A DNA stretch of 64,000 nt from positions 224,001 to 288,000 of the forward strand of contig JAHPZE010000002.1 in NCBI GenBank assembly GCA_019058365.1. The letters are read 5' to 3'. Below are positions 50,329-61,400 of the stretch, in pieces; the stretch's first letter is position 1, and each line of letters starts with the position of its first letter. This stretch comes from Promethearchaeota archaeon (GTDB taxonomy: Archaea > Asgardarchaeota > Lokiarchaeia > Sigyniarchaeales > SOKP01). The notes below the pieces were generated by a model. The model was not told the DNA's origin, searched no databases, and saw only the letters and a list, made by a program, of their open reading frames with translations. The position numbers and the translations under genes are program-made.

Positions 50329-51591
50329 TTAAAACCACAATAAGATAAATGAATAATAATTAAAATTAAGAAAGTATCTCAAGAGTACATATATTAAACT
50401 ACAACCAATTGGAATTAGGAGATTATCTGACAGTTTAATAGGTTTGTTTGTGAAAATATCAAAAATTAAAAATGCTAGAGAAAAAATTACACCCCAATAA
50501 ATCCCAATAAAGAATAAACATATTATAAAGGTTGTAAACATGCCTGCTAATGATCCTTCCCATGTCTTTCTTTTGTTCCACAGAATATTACTGGTTCCAA
50601 ATCTTATACCAACTTGACTTGTAGCCAAATCACTAATGGAACTTATACCTAAAATAGTAAAAAATACCATTGGAGGACAAATAAAAGCAGCAAACATTTG
50701 ACCAATTGCGAAATAAAGATACGTACCATAATTTTCTCTCTCCTCATCAGAAAGATATAGCTTTGGGAAAATAGTAAAAGGGAAAGAAAAAAAGCGAGAC
50801 TTACGTGCAAACTCATTAACAAGCATAAATAAACTTAATATATAAAAAAAGAAAAAGAGGAGATAATAAAACCACCCAAATGAAAACATAATATCCCTAA
50901 TTGAATTTGGTTCATTTAAAATTCTAAAATACACTAATAACATATTATTTTCAGTAGGAATCATTCCAGCTGAGGTTCCTGTAAAAAATATTACTAAATA
51001 TAATCCAATGTACCACACAACTAAAAGACCAATGAATATTAAAACATGATTTAGCTTTCGAAGAGTGTCTTTTTTAGCCTTGCTCCATAGTTTACGTTTC
51101 TCTAATAATTTATTAGTCAATTTCGAAAAATCTTTTATTACTTTTTTTTTACTTAGAGATACTAACCCTGTAGATATTATTATTAGTACCACTATAAAAG
51201 CCAATGGAATCCCTAAAGCAAAAAAAAACAAAGGAACTATAATTGGTGGAAACAATATTTCCTGATTCATCAATATAAGAAAAATTGTAATATGAATAAA
51301 TACAAAAAATAGAGCGCCAAATCCAAATAAGTTATTTAAAATATCTGTTTTATATGAAAAATGGATATAATTAAAAAGAATAAGAAAATAAGAGAATATG
51401 ATTAATGAAAACCAGATCAAAATATATTCCATAATTTTAATAACCAAATTTATAATTACTATATATTTGGTAATTAAAATAAATTTAATATTTGGATTAC
51501 TTAGTCCACTGAAATTATTAAGTTTTAATAAAAACTGTATGAATAAATTTACAGAAAAACTATTCTTATAATAAGTAGTCTTTAAATTCAA
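50329..51591 (-). CDS. Second CTP-dependent polyprenol/diacylglycerol kinase family membrane protein (start probably further downstream)
   Basis: RKLNH, SDLATSQVGIRFG, KTWEGS, DNLLIP. Confidence 0.8.
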   Translation of the reverse strand: MNLKTTYYKNSFSVNLFIQFLLKLNNFSGLSNPNIKFILITKYIVIINLVIKIMEYILIWFSLIIFSYFLILFNYIHFSYKTDILNNLFGFGALFFVFIHITIFLILMNQEILFPPIIVPLFFFALGIPLAFIVVLIIISTGLVSLSKKKVIKDFSKLTNKLLEKRKLWSKAKKDTLRKLNHVLIFIGLLVVWYIGLYLVIFFTGTSAGMIPTENNMLLVYFRILNEPNSIRDIMFSFGWFYYLLFFFFYILSLFMLVNEFARKSRFFSFPFTIFPKLYLSDEERENYGTYLYFAIGQMFAAFICPPMVFFTILGISSISDLATSQVGIRFGTSNILWNKRKTWEGSLAGMFTTFIICLFFIGIYWGVIFSLAFLIFDIFTNKPIKLSDNLLIPIGCSLIYVLLRYFLNFNYYSFILLWF

Positions 51592-51596
51592 AGAAT

Positions 51597-52226
51597 GTGA
51601 AAATAAGTATGAAAAAAATCATCTTAGCTTCTAAATCAACTGATAGAAGTGAAATGTTTAACCGAGCAGGGATTTCATTTGAGATCTTTGCTACCAACAT
51701 TGATGAAGAAAAATACAAAACAACTATCTCTGATGGGATTGCCCTTGTAAAAAAACTTGCTAAAGAAAAAGCGGTATTTGCAAAAAATAAATTGATTAAT
51801 AATAAAGAAAATGCTATAATCGTTGCAGCAGATACAATAGTAGAACTTGATGGAAAAATTATTGGGAAAGCTCATAGTGAAGAAGAAGCATTCAAAATCC
51901 TTAAAATAATGATGGGAAGAACACATAGACTTATAACAGGAATTGCTATCACTGAAATTAAAAATCCAAAAATAGTCATAGATTCAGATACCACATTTGT
52001 TGAATTTCTTAAACTTTCTGATGAAGAAATAAGAAAATATGTTAAAACTAATGAATGGAAGGGACGTGCTGGAGCTTATTCAATAAGAGATAAAGCGAGT
52101 TTGTTTATTAAAAAAATAAATGGTTCTTCTTCTAATGTAATAGGCTTATCAATGCATAAATTATATCTAATATTAAAAATCGAATTTCAGATAAATTTAT
52201 TTCAACTTGATGAAAATTTTACTTAA
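51597..52226 (+). CDS. maf: Maf nucleotide pyrophosphatase
   Basis: ILASKS..R, IDEE, LAKEKA, AADTIV, GK, AGAY, NVIGL. Confidence 0.93.
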   Translation: MKISMKKIILASKSTDRSEMFNRAGISFEIFATNIDEEKYKTTISDGIALVKKLAKEKAVFAKNKLINNKENAIIVAADTIVELDGKIIGKAHSEEEAFKILKIMMGRTHRLITGIAITEIKNPKIVIDSDTTFVEFLKLSDEEIRKYVKTNEWKGRAGAYSIRDKASLFIKKINGSSSNVIGLSMHKLYLILKIEFQINLFQLDENFT

Positions 52227-52296
52227 CCATGGCGAAAATTAATGTTTGAATAAGTACTTTAACTAATGTAAAGAAACTGAAAAAATAACCTAGACC

Positions 52297-52467
52297 CTAT
52301 TTACCTGAAAACTCCTTCCAAACTTTTAAATCTTCATAAAATTTTAACATCTTTTCAAATTTGGAGATTTTATTTTCATAATAAGTATGATCAGCATATT
52401 TTCTTTTAGATAACTCTTTTGCTGCTAAAATTCCATTTTTATACCGAGTTATTTTTTCATCAATCAC
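52297..52467 (-). CDS. Small hypothetical protein (56 aa, not in ORF track)
   Basis: GTG start; MIDEKITRYKNGILAAKELSKRKYADHTYYENKISKFEKMLKFYEDLKVWKEFSGK fills the gap after the DUF1028 gene. Confidence 0.5.
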   Translation of the reverse strand: MIDEKITRYKNGILAAKELSKRKYADHTYYENKISKFEKMLKFYEDLKVWKEFSGK

Positions 52468-52549
52468 ATTTTTTTTTCAATTATAATCTTATTTAAAACA
52501 CAAAAATATCACGGTATTATCCTATCGAAAGATATAAGCACTGAAGATG

Positions 52550-53494
52550 TTATTTTAATGATAAAATTTTCTTCATTTCTTCTTCTTTTACATTTAACAA
52601 CTCTGAATGAGGAAGTCTTTCTGTAAGTAAACGCCAATTTTTATCTTTTTTAAATATCCTTTTAAACAGTATTAATGCTTTATCCATCTGATTTTGATTT
52701 GCTAAAGAAACTGCGGTCCAATATGTCATTTCAAGATTCTCTGGAAACATTTTCTGCGCAGCATCATACTCTTTAAGTGCTTTAGCCATATCTCCTTTCT
52801 CTATAGCGAGATCTCCATTATTCATATGTTCATAAGCACGAAAAATTTTTAATAGTCTGCTTAATTCTTTCAATGGCTCATTATGATCCTCCACTCTGAG
52901 ATCAATTAAAGGGTCTTCCCATTTATTCTCTGTTGGTTCACCAGCAACTATTAATATCGCAGCAGATTGTTTGCCTCTTATATCACCTCCAACCGATTCC
53001 GCAGCTTCTAGGCTTTTAATTATTCGCTCTGGTAATGATAAATTATCACATCTTTTAAATGCTTCGGCCATTGCTGGCCATACTTCATCAGAAAGCATCA
53101 TATTTGCCTGAACAGAAAAACTATTACCGATTTTATGTCCAGCATGTTTTATACATTTTGGACCAGTATGTGTTGCTACACGTCCTTGTGTATCTAAAAT
53201 AGCTACTTGTCTTACATCTCTACCATCGTCATCTGAGATTAAGAGATTAATTGCTTCTTGAGGTGATTTACCTTGTCTTAGAAGTTCAAGTCCTCTAAGA
53301 CCGAAAGACTTATTAACAAGTGATTGTGTTGCTACAACACCAATTCCCGCTTCTCCCCATGAAACAACGCTTCCAACTGAAAACCAATGACTTTGCACTC
53401 CAACACCCATTTCTCCAGTTTTAGGATCTCTCGCAACTATAGAATAAGTATGTGCGAAAAAGTTATTCTTAGATCGATTATTCTTTTGATTCAT
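52550..53494 (-). CDS. DUF1028 Ntn-hydrolase-like protein with C-terminal TPR
   Basis: TYSIVARD..GVGVQS, ATQS, RQVAI, QANMM, GGDIRGKQSAA, DLRVEDH..P..EL.RL. Confidence 0.9.
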   Translation of the reverse strand: MNQKNNRSKNNFFAHTYSIVARDPKTGEMGVGVQSHWFSVGSVVSWGEAGIGVVATQSLVNKSFGLRGLELLRQGKSPQEAINLLISDDDGRDVRQVAILDTQGRVATHTGPKCIKHAGHKIGNSFSVQANMMLSDEVWPAMAEAFKRCDNLSLPERIIKSLEAAESVGGDIRGKQSAAILIVAGEPTENKWEDPLIDLRVEDHNEPLKELSRLLKIFRAYEHMNNGDLAIEKGDMAKALKEYDAAQKMFPENLEMTYWTAVSLANQNQMDKALILFKRIFKKDKNWRLLTERLPHSELLNVKEEEMKKILSLK

Positions 53495-53635
53495 TGTTAT
53501 TAGATCGGTTTAAAAACTTAAAAAAGTTTTATTATTCCTTTTTTAATTTATTGATATTTCAGAATGAAAAATGTTAAATTCTTTTATAATTTAAAACCTT
53601 AATAAAAATCATTAATTCATATAAGATGATTTCAA

Positions 53636-53965
53636 ATGACTAAAAAGTATAAAAACGAAGGTTTGATGAAATTTTTAACCATCATTGGCGGTTTAGTAGC
53701 TTTAGCAAGTCAAATATTCGCAATCTTTGACTTTCAGTGGATACTAGGACGATACGTAGGATATTATGATCCTGTATATGCAATTATTGGAATTATTATC
53801 TCGGTTATAACAATCTACACCGCAATTAATCCTGATAACCCTTTTCCATTTCACTGGCTATTTCTTTTTGTATTAGGGGTATTAATTATTATTTTTGCTG
53901 GTGGAGTAATAGCTTGTGCACTACTAATCATTGCAGCTTTAATTGGATTAATTGAAGCTCTATAA
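53636..53965 (+). CDS. Small membrane protein
   Basis: 3-4 hydrophobic helices. Confidence 0.6.
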   Translation: MTKKYKNEGLMKFLTIIGGLVALASQIFAIFDFQWILGRYVGYYDPVYAIIGIIISVITIYTAINPDNPFPFHWLFLFVLGVLIIIFAGGVIACALLIIAALIGLIEAL

Positions 53966-54031
53966 GTAGAAATATAAGAAATTAAAATCAAACAAATATT
54001 AATTTTTTTCTTTTTGTTTTATATATTACCT

Positions 54032-54904
54032 TCAAATACTAGCACTTTTTAGAAAATAATTAATTATTTCCTCCGCAATATTGAAATCTGTAACCTTTTG
54101 TAATGCTGTAAATCCGGGAATTGAATTTACCTCCAATACGGTAAGACCATTTTCGCTCTCTATTATGTCAACACCTGCAATTTCGGTTTTAGTTATTTTT
54201 GCTGACTTTATAGCAAGATTTTTCATTTCATTAGTTAATTCTATAGGTTCGGCTCTCGCTCCAGTGTAGATATTTGTTTTCCAACTATCACTTACCCTAT
54301 ACATTCCAGTAATAACTTTATCTCCCAATACTAAAATTCTAATATCTCGATTGTGATGTTCAACAAATTCTTGTAAGTAGAAAACTTGATTTATCTGGCC
54401 AAGAGAAAAAATAATATTTTCCGCAAATGCTTTATCATTCAATCTAGTTATTCCAATTCCTTTTGAACCATATAAAGGTTTTAAAACACAATCTCCTCCT
54501 AATTCATCAAAGGCTTCCAAAGCTTTATGAGGATCTTCGCAAACTACTGTTTTTGGAGTAGGAATATCGTGATTTTCCAAAAAAACTGATGTTAAAAATT
54601 TATCGCTTGCGATTTCTAATGATTCTCTTGAATTAATTAATTTTATATCATATTCTTCTAATGATCTTAAAATATCAAGCCTAAAAAATATTTTTTGAGT
54701 ATCTGCGGCACCAAATCCCCTTACAAGAGCAGCTTTAGGTTCAAGGCATTCAAATTGTTTGTAAAAATCACGCTGGAAACCAATCCCTACTTTTATCGTT
54801 GATGGAATAAAATAATGAACATTAAAGCCTCGCTTTTCTAATTCAACGGAGAGGATTTGGACTTCTGAGTCTTGTGAATTTGGAGTTATAATCATTGATT
54901 CCAT
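54032..54904 (-). CDS. RimK-family ATP-grasp glutamate ligase (MptN/CofF-like)
   Basis: IN, DKF, PTPKT, VLKPLYGSKGIG, YLQEF, DIR, WKTN, GVDI, LEVNSIPG. Confidence 0.88.
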   Translation of the reverse strand: MESMIITPNSQDSEVQILSVELEKRGFNVHYFIPSTIKVGIGFQRDFYKQFECLEPKAALVRGFGAADTQKIFFRLDILRSLEEYDIKLINSRESLEIASDKFLTSVFLENHDIPTPKTVVCEDPHKALEAFDELGGDCVLKPLYGSKGIGITRLNDKAFAENIIFSLGQINQVFYLQEFVEHHNRDIRILVLGDKVITGMYRVSDSWKTNIYTGARAEPIELTNEMKNLAIKSAKITKTEIAGVDIIESENGLTVLEVNSIPGFTALQKVTDFNIAEEIINYFLKSASI

Positions 54905-54985
54905 ATCAATATCACTTTAAAATAAATTACTTAATTAATCTATAGCACTAATTTTTAAATAAATTTAAGTTCTTATAAATTATAT

Positions 54986-55612
54986 ATGAAATCAATGGAT
55001 CCTAAAGACGGTGAAAATGAAATTGAGAAATTATTACAGATACTTAGTAAAGTTCAAAATATCTACTATAAAAAAAAAGAGCAACTCGAAGAGTTGCAAT
55101 CAGAGATTAGTGAATTAAGAGAAGTATTAAATTTCTTAAATTCTCTCATATCAGGAAAATCATTTCACAGCGCAGACGAGATTTACTCAAAATCATTTAT
55201 TAAAAAAGTGGATGGACCAATTGAAGAACAATACTTCGTAGAAGATATCTCAAAAGAAAGAGTTGAGGGAACAAATATCAAAAGAAAGATTTTTTCTAAA
55301 AATAAGAATAATGATGAAGAATTATTATGTATCTTGAACTTTTATGATTTGAATCGGGTTGTAATAAAAATTGTTGAACCAGAAAAGCTGTCCATAAAAG
55401 AATCTTCTGAAGAATTTATCCGTATCTTCATTAAAGGAGCACTTGTAGAAATAATAGAGAATAATCCTAATATGAGCTTGAAATATGATTATTATAAAAG
55501 TTCGGATGTAATTAAACATATTAATATTACTAATTTGAAATCAATAAAAGAATATGATATAATTACTTCAAAAATGAGAGAGCTTTTAAGCCAAAGAGCT
55601 TGGAAAGGATAA
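54986..55612 (+). CDS. Hypothetical protein with N-terminal coiled coil
   Basis: 208-aa ORF. Confidence 0.55.
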   Translation: MKSMDPKDGENEIEKLLQILSKVQNIYYKKKEQLEELQSEISELREVLNFLNSLISGKSFHSADEIYSKSFIKKVDGPIEEQYFVEDISKERVEGTNIKRKIFSKNKNNDEELLCILNFYDLNRVVIKIVEPEKLSIKESSEEFIRIFIKGALVEIIENNPNMSLKYDYYKSSDVIKHINITNLKSIKEYDIITSKMRELLSQRAWKG

Positions 55613-55791
55613 AAAAATATAATTTTGCTCTTTTAATTATCAAGTTATTCAAAAGAACTCATTCAAAATGGTTGATTTTATATACAAAATATTATATTGA
55701 GATAATATATTGTTTAATTAGAATAGGAAAAATTAATTATGCAGTAATTCTTATTTAAGTTAACCAAATTACCATATGGAAAGTATTCACA

Positions 55792-56604
55792 ATGGCAAAG
55801 AAAAAATCTTGGTTACAAATGCCAAAAGTCCATTCGAAATTTCATGATGAAAAACTCGAAAGTGTATTAATTGAAAAAGCTTTAGAGTTTTTAACTGGTG
55901 AAAATGTTGATGCCCCTTCTTTTTTATTCCTTTCAGGAGCTTTTTTTGATGTGAAATCATTCGCTTATTCCGGATTAAGAGCTTGGAAAGGTATTGTAAA
56001 ACCATCAGAAGATAATGGTGGTAGAAGACCTGTATTGGAAGCCACTTTTGCTTCTTTATCTGTGTATTTAAGTTCTTTATTAGCGCTTCAAGCTGATTTT
56101 TATTTCGCGTATGATGAAATTAAGGATATTTTATTGGAAAAGAAAAGAGAGGATCTCTGGACGATTGTTTCAGAAAAGTTGCCATTTATCTCAATCCCTC
56201 CAAAAGAAATGTATGGGACTCAAGTATCTCCTATATCTCCTTATTTTGTTATTAAACAAGACGAAGAATTAACGTTAGGAGAAATATATCCATCTGCGTA
56301 TTTATCTCAAATTATAAAGAATATTAAAACAAGATTTTTTATCTTTTTTCAATACCAAGGATACTCCGCTTTTGGATTTTTTAATGCACTACCCGAACTA
56401 TCTAAATTTGGGTTTGAAGAGCACGCGAATGATTTTAATGGGGATCCAACCGCAGAAAATTTAATCAAATACGCAAAAAATGCAAAGAATGTTAAAGAAA
56501 TATTAATTGCACTTATTCATGCCTATAATAACGCTTTGCTTGAACAATTTTTAATACCCGATTATGAATTATTATTAAATAAATTACTGGAGGGAGAAGC
56601 GTAG
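55792..56604 (+). CDS. Hypothetical protein abutting a GTPase gene
   Basis: 270-aa ORF whose stop is directly followed by the next start. Confidence 0.6.
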   Translation: MAKKKSWLQMPKVHSKFHDEKLESVLIEKALEFLTGENVDAPSFLFLSGAFFDVKSFAYSGLRAWKGIVKPSEDNGGRRPVLEATFASLSVYLSSLLALQADFYFAYDEIKDILLEKKREDLWTIVSEKLPFISIPPKEMYGTQVSPISPYFVIKQDEELTLGEIYPSAYLSQIIKNIKTRFFIFFQYQGYSAFGFFNALPELSKFGFEEHANDFNGDPTAENLIKYAKNAKNVKEILIALIHAYNNALLEQFLIPDYELLLNKLLEGEA

Positions 56605-57240
56605 TTGGTTAATATCGGTTTATTAGGAGATGTGTCCGTTGGAAAAACGAGCATCCTTCGTTTATTTGTGCGATATTTAAAGAAAGGGGATATTGAAAAG
56701 GTAAAAGGTGGATTAAAATGTTCTGTGGTTAAAGCGGATTTTTCTGGAGAAGCTACAGTCCCAGGAGGAGAAAAAGAGGATGCTCTTAATGAAAAAGAGA
56801 CAAAAACTATTCACCCTAACCGAATTGTGTTTCGGGAAGACGCAACAAATAAAGCACATACGATTTTCGCCCCTGGTGGCGACCGAGCCCGTGCTGTAGT
56901 TAAAATGGGCATTATAACAATTTCAAGAATTGCAACCCAAATAATAGCTGTTTTTTCTCTTGATAGAGAACTGGCTCCTCAATTTGAATTTTTTAATGAT
57001 GTTAGGTTTTTTCCAGATAAAATATATGTTTGTATAAATAAAATTGATTTAGTTGAAGGAAACAAAGAGAAAAAACTTAATGAGGTAAAAACGCAGATTA
57101 TTGATTTTTTTAAAACGCGAAAAATAGCGATTAATGACACATTTATAACCTGTGGTGAAACCATAGAAGGATTTGCAGATGTTGAAACGTATAATAATCA
57201 AGTCGCAGAAATGATTCTAGAAATTACTACTAAACATTAA
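56605..57240 (+). CDS. Ras-superfamily small GTPase (MglA/Arf-like, atypical G3)
   Basis: G1 GDVSVGKTS, G2 KT, G3 region IFAPGG, G4 INKID, G5 TCG. Confidence 0.82.
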   Translation: MVNIGLLGDVSVGKTSILRLFVRYLKKGDIEKVKGGLKCSVVKADFSGEATVPGGEKEDALNEKETKTIHPNRIVFREDATNKAHTIFAPGGDRARAVVKMGIITISRIATQIIAVFSLDRELAPQFEFFNDVRFFPDKIYVCINKIDLVEGNKEKKLNEVKTQIIDFFKTRKIAINDTFITCGETIEGFADVETYNNQVAEMILEITTKH

Positions 57241-57284
57241 TATTTTTTCAATTTTGAAGTTTAAAAATTAAGTATGCTCTCATT

Positions 57285-57800
57285 TTAATTTTTCAATTTT
57301 AACGCAATTTTTAAAAATAACTTTTCTAAATCTAGTAAATATCCAATTAAAGGAGTTAAACTTACTTTATTCAAATTCTTTTCAAACAATACAAATCCCA
57401 TTTTTTTTAATTCTTTTATATCTTCTATTACCCCTTTTTTTTTACGAAGTTCTATTATTTTTTGAATTGTAGTTTCCCCAGAACTACTAAAACAACATAT
57501 TAAGGTGCAAAATAAGGTTGCAGCTAATCTAGGGTTTCCCTCAAATGGATTTGCCGAGATAATTTCAGTTGTTTCCGGATCAAAAGATATATACCAGTAA
57601 GAATTCAGAGGATTAAATCTTACTTGAAGACCTAAAGGTTCAAGATAATTAGATGCGTTATTAATTAAGTTCTGAAAATAAATCGATTTATTCTTATCTT
57701 TAACACTCAACGCGTTAAGAATTTCTTTTTTTGTCGAACCTATTATTGATATATTTTCCTTTTTGCTTAATAAATGTATTAAAACACTTAATTCATTCAC
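57285..57800 (-). CDS. Kite (tandem winged-helix) protein, Nse1/Nse3(MAGE)/ScpB-like
   Basis: INNASNYLEPLGLQVR in WH-A; IKELKKMGFV..SLTP in WH-B; last gene of the SMC operon. Confidence 0.75.
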   Translation of the reverse strand: MNELSVLIHLLSKKENISIIGSTKKEILNALSVKDKNKSIYFQNLINNASNYLEPLGLQVRFNPLNSYWYISFDPETTEIISANPFEGNPRLAATLFCTLICCFSSSGETTIQKIIELRKKKGVIEDIKELKKMGFVLFEKNLNKVSLTPLIGYLLDLEKLFLKIALKLKN

Positions 57801-57816
57801 TTTTCATTCATCTCTT

Positions 57817-58464
57817 TTATAAATACAAAAAATTCGTTTCTTTTTGATATTTTAATTTCCCTATCTGGAGTAGATGTAAAAGATATACAAAATATTCAAA
57901 AATTTTTATTTGATCATCTTCATCGCTAAAGATCTCATCATATGAACACGGTAACTTGTTTTTAATAGAATCAAAAAAAGCAATCATTTTCTCAGTGAAT
58001 TTTTTATTAGGTATTTCTAATAAGAAATTTCCTTTTGAATCTATCTTATCAATTGGTTCAATTGTAAAAGGTTCTCCTTTCTTAGCTACTAAGCGATCTT
58101 TAGAATATTCAAGAAATTCCAAGGAAAGCATATTAATAATAAAAGGTTCTCTCCAGCAGTCCCTAAATAATTTAAATATTTCTGTATCTTTTGGATTTGT
58201 TCTTAAAAAGGTTATAAATTTATCTTTGTTATCTAAATAGTTTAGGAAAATTTTTAATTCTTCAAATTTTTGACTGAGTAGTTGAAATGCACTCATATAT
58301 GTTATTGAATATTCATTAATGTTATAGATATTAAGAGAATCCTTCAAATTCTCAAAAATTGGTACTAATTCAATATCCAAAAGTGAAATTTCTCCTGAAA
58401 GAACTCTTGTTTTAATATCTTCAATTTTCTTATTTATCTCTTCAGAAAAATCTTGATAATCCAT
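57817..58464 (-). CDS. Kleisin (ScpA/Nse4-like)
   Basis: N-terminal GEISLLDIEL..SAFQLLSQK; C-terminal winged helix YDEIF..FEYFVYLLHLLQIGKLKYQ. Confidence 0.82.
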   Translation of the reverse strand: MDYQDFSEEINKKIEDIKTRVLSGEISLLDIELVPIFENLKDSLNIYNINEYSITYMSAFQLLSQKFEELKIFLNYLDNKDKFITFLRTNPKDTEIFKLFRDCWREPFIINMLSLEFLEYSKDRLVAKKGEPFTIEPIDKIDSKGNFLLEIPNKKFTEKMIAFFDSIKNKLPCSYDEIFSDEDDQIKIFEYFVYLLHLLQIGKLKYQKETNFLYL

Positions 58465-58477
58465 TTTTAATCATAAT

Positions 58478-61400
58478 TTATTTTTTTTTGATGATTTTTG
58501 GTTTAAATACAGAAGAAATTTCATTCTTTCCTACTCTGGCAATTCCAATTAATTTTTCAGCAAGTAAGAATAATGAATTTGACGATTTGGGCAAGAACAT
58601 AAATAATTGTATTGGATTTTGTTCCAACGTTGCCTTTATTAGTTGATATGCTACTTCAGAGTTCTTTTCATCTAAAAACATACCTGGTTCATCAAGTAAA
58701 CACAGCGGAGAAGGTTTAATTTCTTGAAGGGATAAAATTAAACAAATTGATATTAAAGAAACTTGACCGCCACTAAGAGCAGTAAATGATTTTAATTGGT
58801 CCTTTGAAGTAGCTGCTTTAATATTAACACCTAACTCTTCAAAATTTCCCGTCAACTCTAAAGAACAATAAGATTTTACCTGAGAATCTTGGAATTTTTT
58901 ATTAACTCTCTTTTGTAGATTTTCAAGTAAACCACTGAATTTTTCATAATATGTTTTTTCCATCTTATTTTCTGTTTTAATCGCTGATTTAACGTCATTT
59001 TCAAGCGCTTTTTGATTTTTCGAGATTTGCTTAAGAGATGCTAATATCTGATCTTTTTCAATTAGAATTGAATCATCAACATCTAAATATTTGAGTAATT
59101 CTTTATCTATACCAGAGATATCCCCTTTGATATCTTCTATGGGGCGAATCATGATTATTTCTTTTAAAATTAAAGGACTTATTTCAGAGTTAATTCTCTC
59201 TAAATCACTTTTTTTTGAATATAGATCTTGATTATAGGAATTTAATTTGATATTTTCTTGTTCAAAAGTTAATGTTATTTGAATAGATTTCCTCTCTAAT
59301 TCACTTTTTTTGTTTTGTATTAATAAAATTTCACTTTTTAAATTTGAAATCTTTTTTTTAGTTATTTCAAGTTCTTCTTCAATATTTTCTAATTGCCGAT
59401 ATGTGTTGAATGCTGTAGTGTCTGCTTTTTGAAAAGCTTCTTTCTTTGTTTCATACTCTTTTTGAATTAAGTTCTTTCCTAATATTTGTTTATTTAGATT
59501 ATCTTTCACTTCTTCTATGATGTCTGAATTCTCACTTAATTTCAAATCCCATTTTTTCTTATCTTCATTAAGTAAAGCTAATTCTTTAGGAATTTCTTTT
59601 ATTCTGTCATTCCATTTAAAAAATTCTGGATCAGTTTGAGATTTTAGATCTTGAATTTGCTGATCAAATTCTTTAATTTCATCTTTAAGAAACTGATTAG
59701 TCTTTTCCAACTCATGCATTTGATCGTATAATTGGTTTTTTTTTGATGTAATTCTTTGTTTTTGGTTAAAATTGTATAGAAGATCGTTAAAAGATTCCTT
59801 CTTTTTAAAGATATCTTGCTGAATTGTATCTATTTTAGCCTGTTCAACCTTCAATTCTGAAATGTTATTATTTAAAGATTTTACATCAGACTCTAGAACC
59901 TCAGACTGTTCTCTTTGTGTACCAGCACTTAATAATCCCTTTAATCTTTTTAAGTAAGGGGTTTCATATACATATTTATAAGATATTATTTGTTCTCCTT
60001 TTAGTGTAACACACTTTCCTTTGAAATTAAGAGAATTATAAATTTCTCTCCCAGAATGATAATCTTTTACAACAAGGCAATTTTTTACCTTTGAGTAAAT
60101 AACTTTCTTAATATCAATATCATCATCGATAATTTTAATTAATTCTGCTAAATAACCTAGCACACCATTAGCCGAAATTTTCATCATAAGCCTTATATCT
60201 ATATTTTTGGGTAGATAGATATTGCAATATGCACCAAATTTTTCTTTTAATCTCTTTAACAAGTTTAAAGTATCCCAATCTTCAGCAACAAAACTATAGA
60301 GTAATTTTTCACCAAGAACAGATTCAATTGCGTAACTTAACTCATCTTCATATTTTAAATAATCAATTATTGGACCCTTTACTTTTAATCCTCTTTTTTT
60401 TATCTCATCTTTAAGAATGGTTATATTTGATGGAAGAATTACTCTCCGTTCTCTAAGTGAAGCCTGCAAAATTTGTAGCTTTTTTAATTTTTTTGATTTC
60501 TCTAATGTTAAATGATTCATTTCAGAATCAATTTCATATATTCTTAATGATGCCCTTTTTAGTTCTTCATCAAGCTGAATCAATAGATTTTTTGTAGGAT
60601 TACCTAAAAACCATTTATTTTTTTCTAATTTATGTTCAATATCTTTAAAACTTTGAAAAAGTTGATTAATTTCATTATTAGATGCTTGTATTGATTTCTC
60701 ATTCTCTTGAATTCTAACTAATCGCTCTTTTTTTTCAATATTTATATGATTGTAATTATCCAAAAGGACTTTATTTTGTGCTATTTTTTTTATTAACTGA
60801 TTTTGTTCTATTATTAAGTTATCAATTTTTAAACCAGAATTTTTACTTTCTCTTCTTACTATTTTAATTTCATTTTCTAAGCTTTCTAGCTGTTTCTTAA
60901 AATTAGTGATAACCCTTGTAAGCTCGTTAATTTTTCCTGATAACTCATCTAACTCTTGTTTTGCTAAAATTTTATCTTTTTGCCAATTTTGGATTTTTGT
61001 AATTAATTCTTGCTTTTTATAAATTAATTCTCCCACTTTTTCAGATAGCTTATTTATGTTTTGTTCCTGTTTTGAAATTTTATTAGATAAAAGTTCTATT
61101 TCTTTATCTGAAAGGTCTTTCTTTTTTCTAATACTTTCTATGACAGATACGACATTTTTAATCATCTCTTCAATATTGATAATATCCTTTTCTAATTTGT
61201 CTTTATTTGCCCATAAAAGTTCGTCATTGAATTTATTTCTAATTTCTAATAACTCATTTTTTAGTTGTAAGCGTTCTAATTTTGGATTTAATAGCTCCAA
61301 GCTTATATTCAATGTGTTCTTTCTACTTTTTAATGATTGAAGGTCTTTATTCAAATTTAAAACGTTACTCTTCTGGTGTAATAATTCTTCTCTCAGATCT

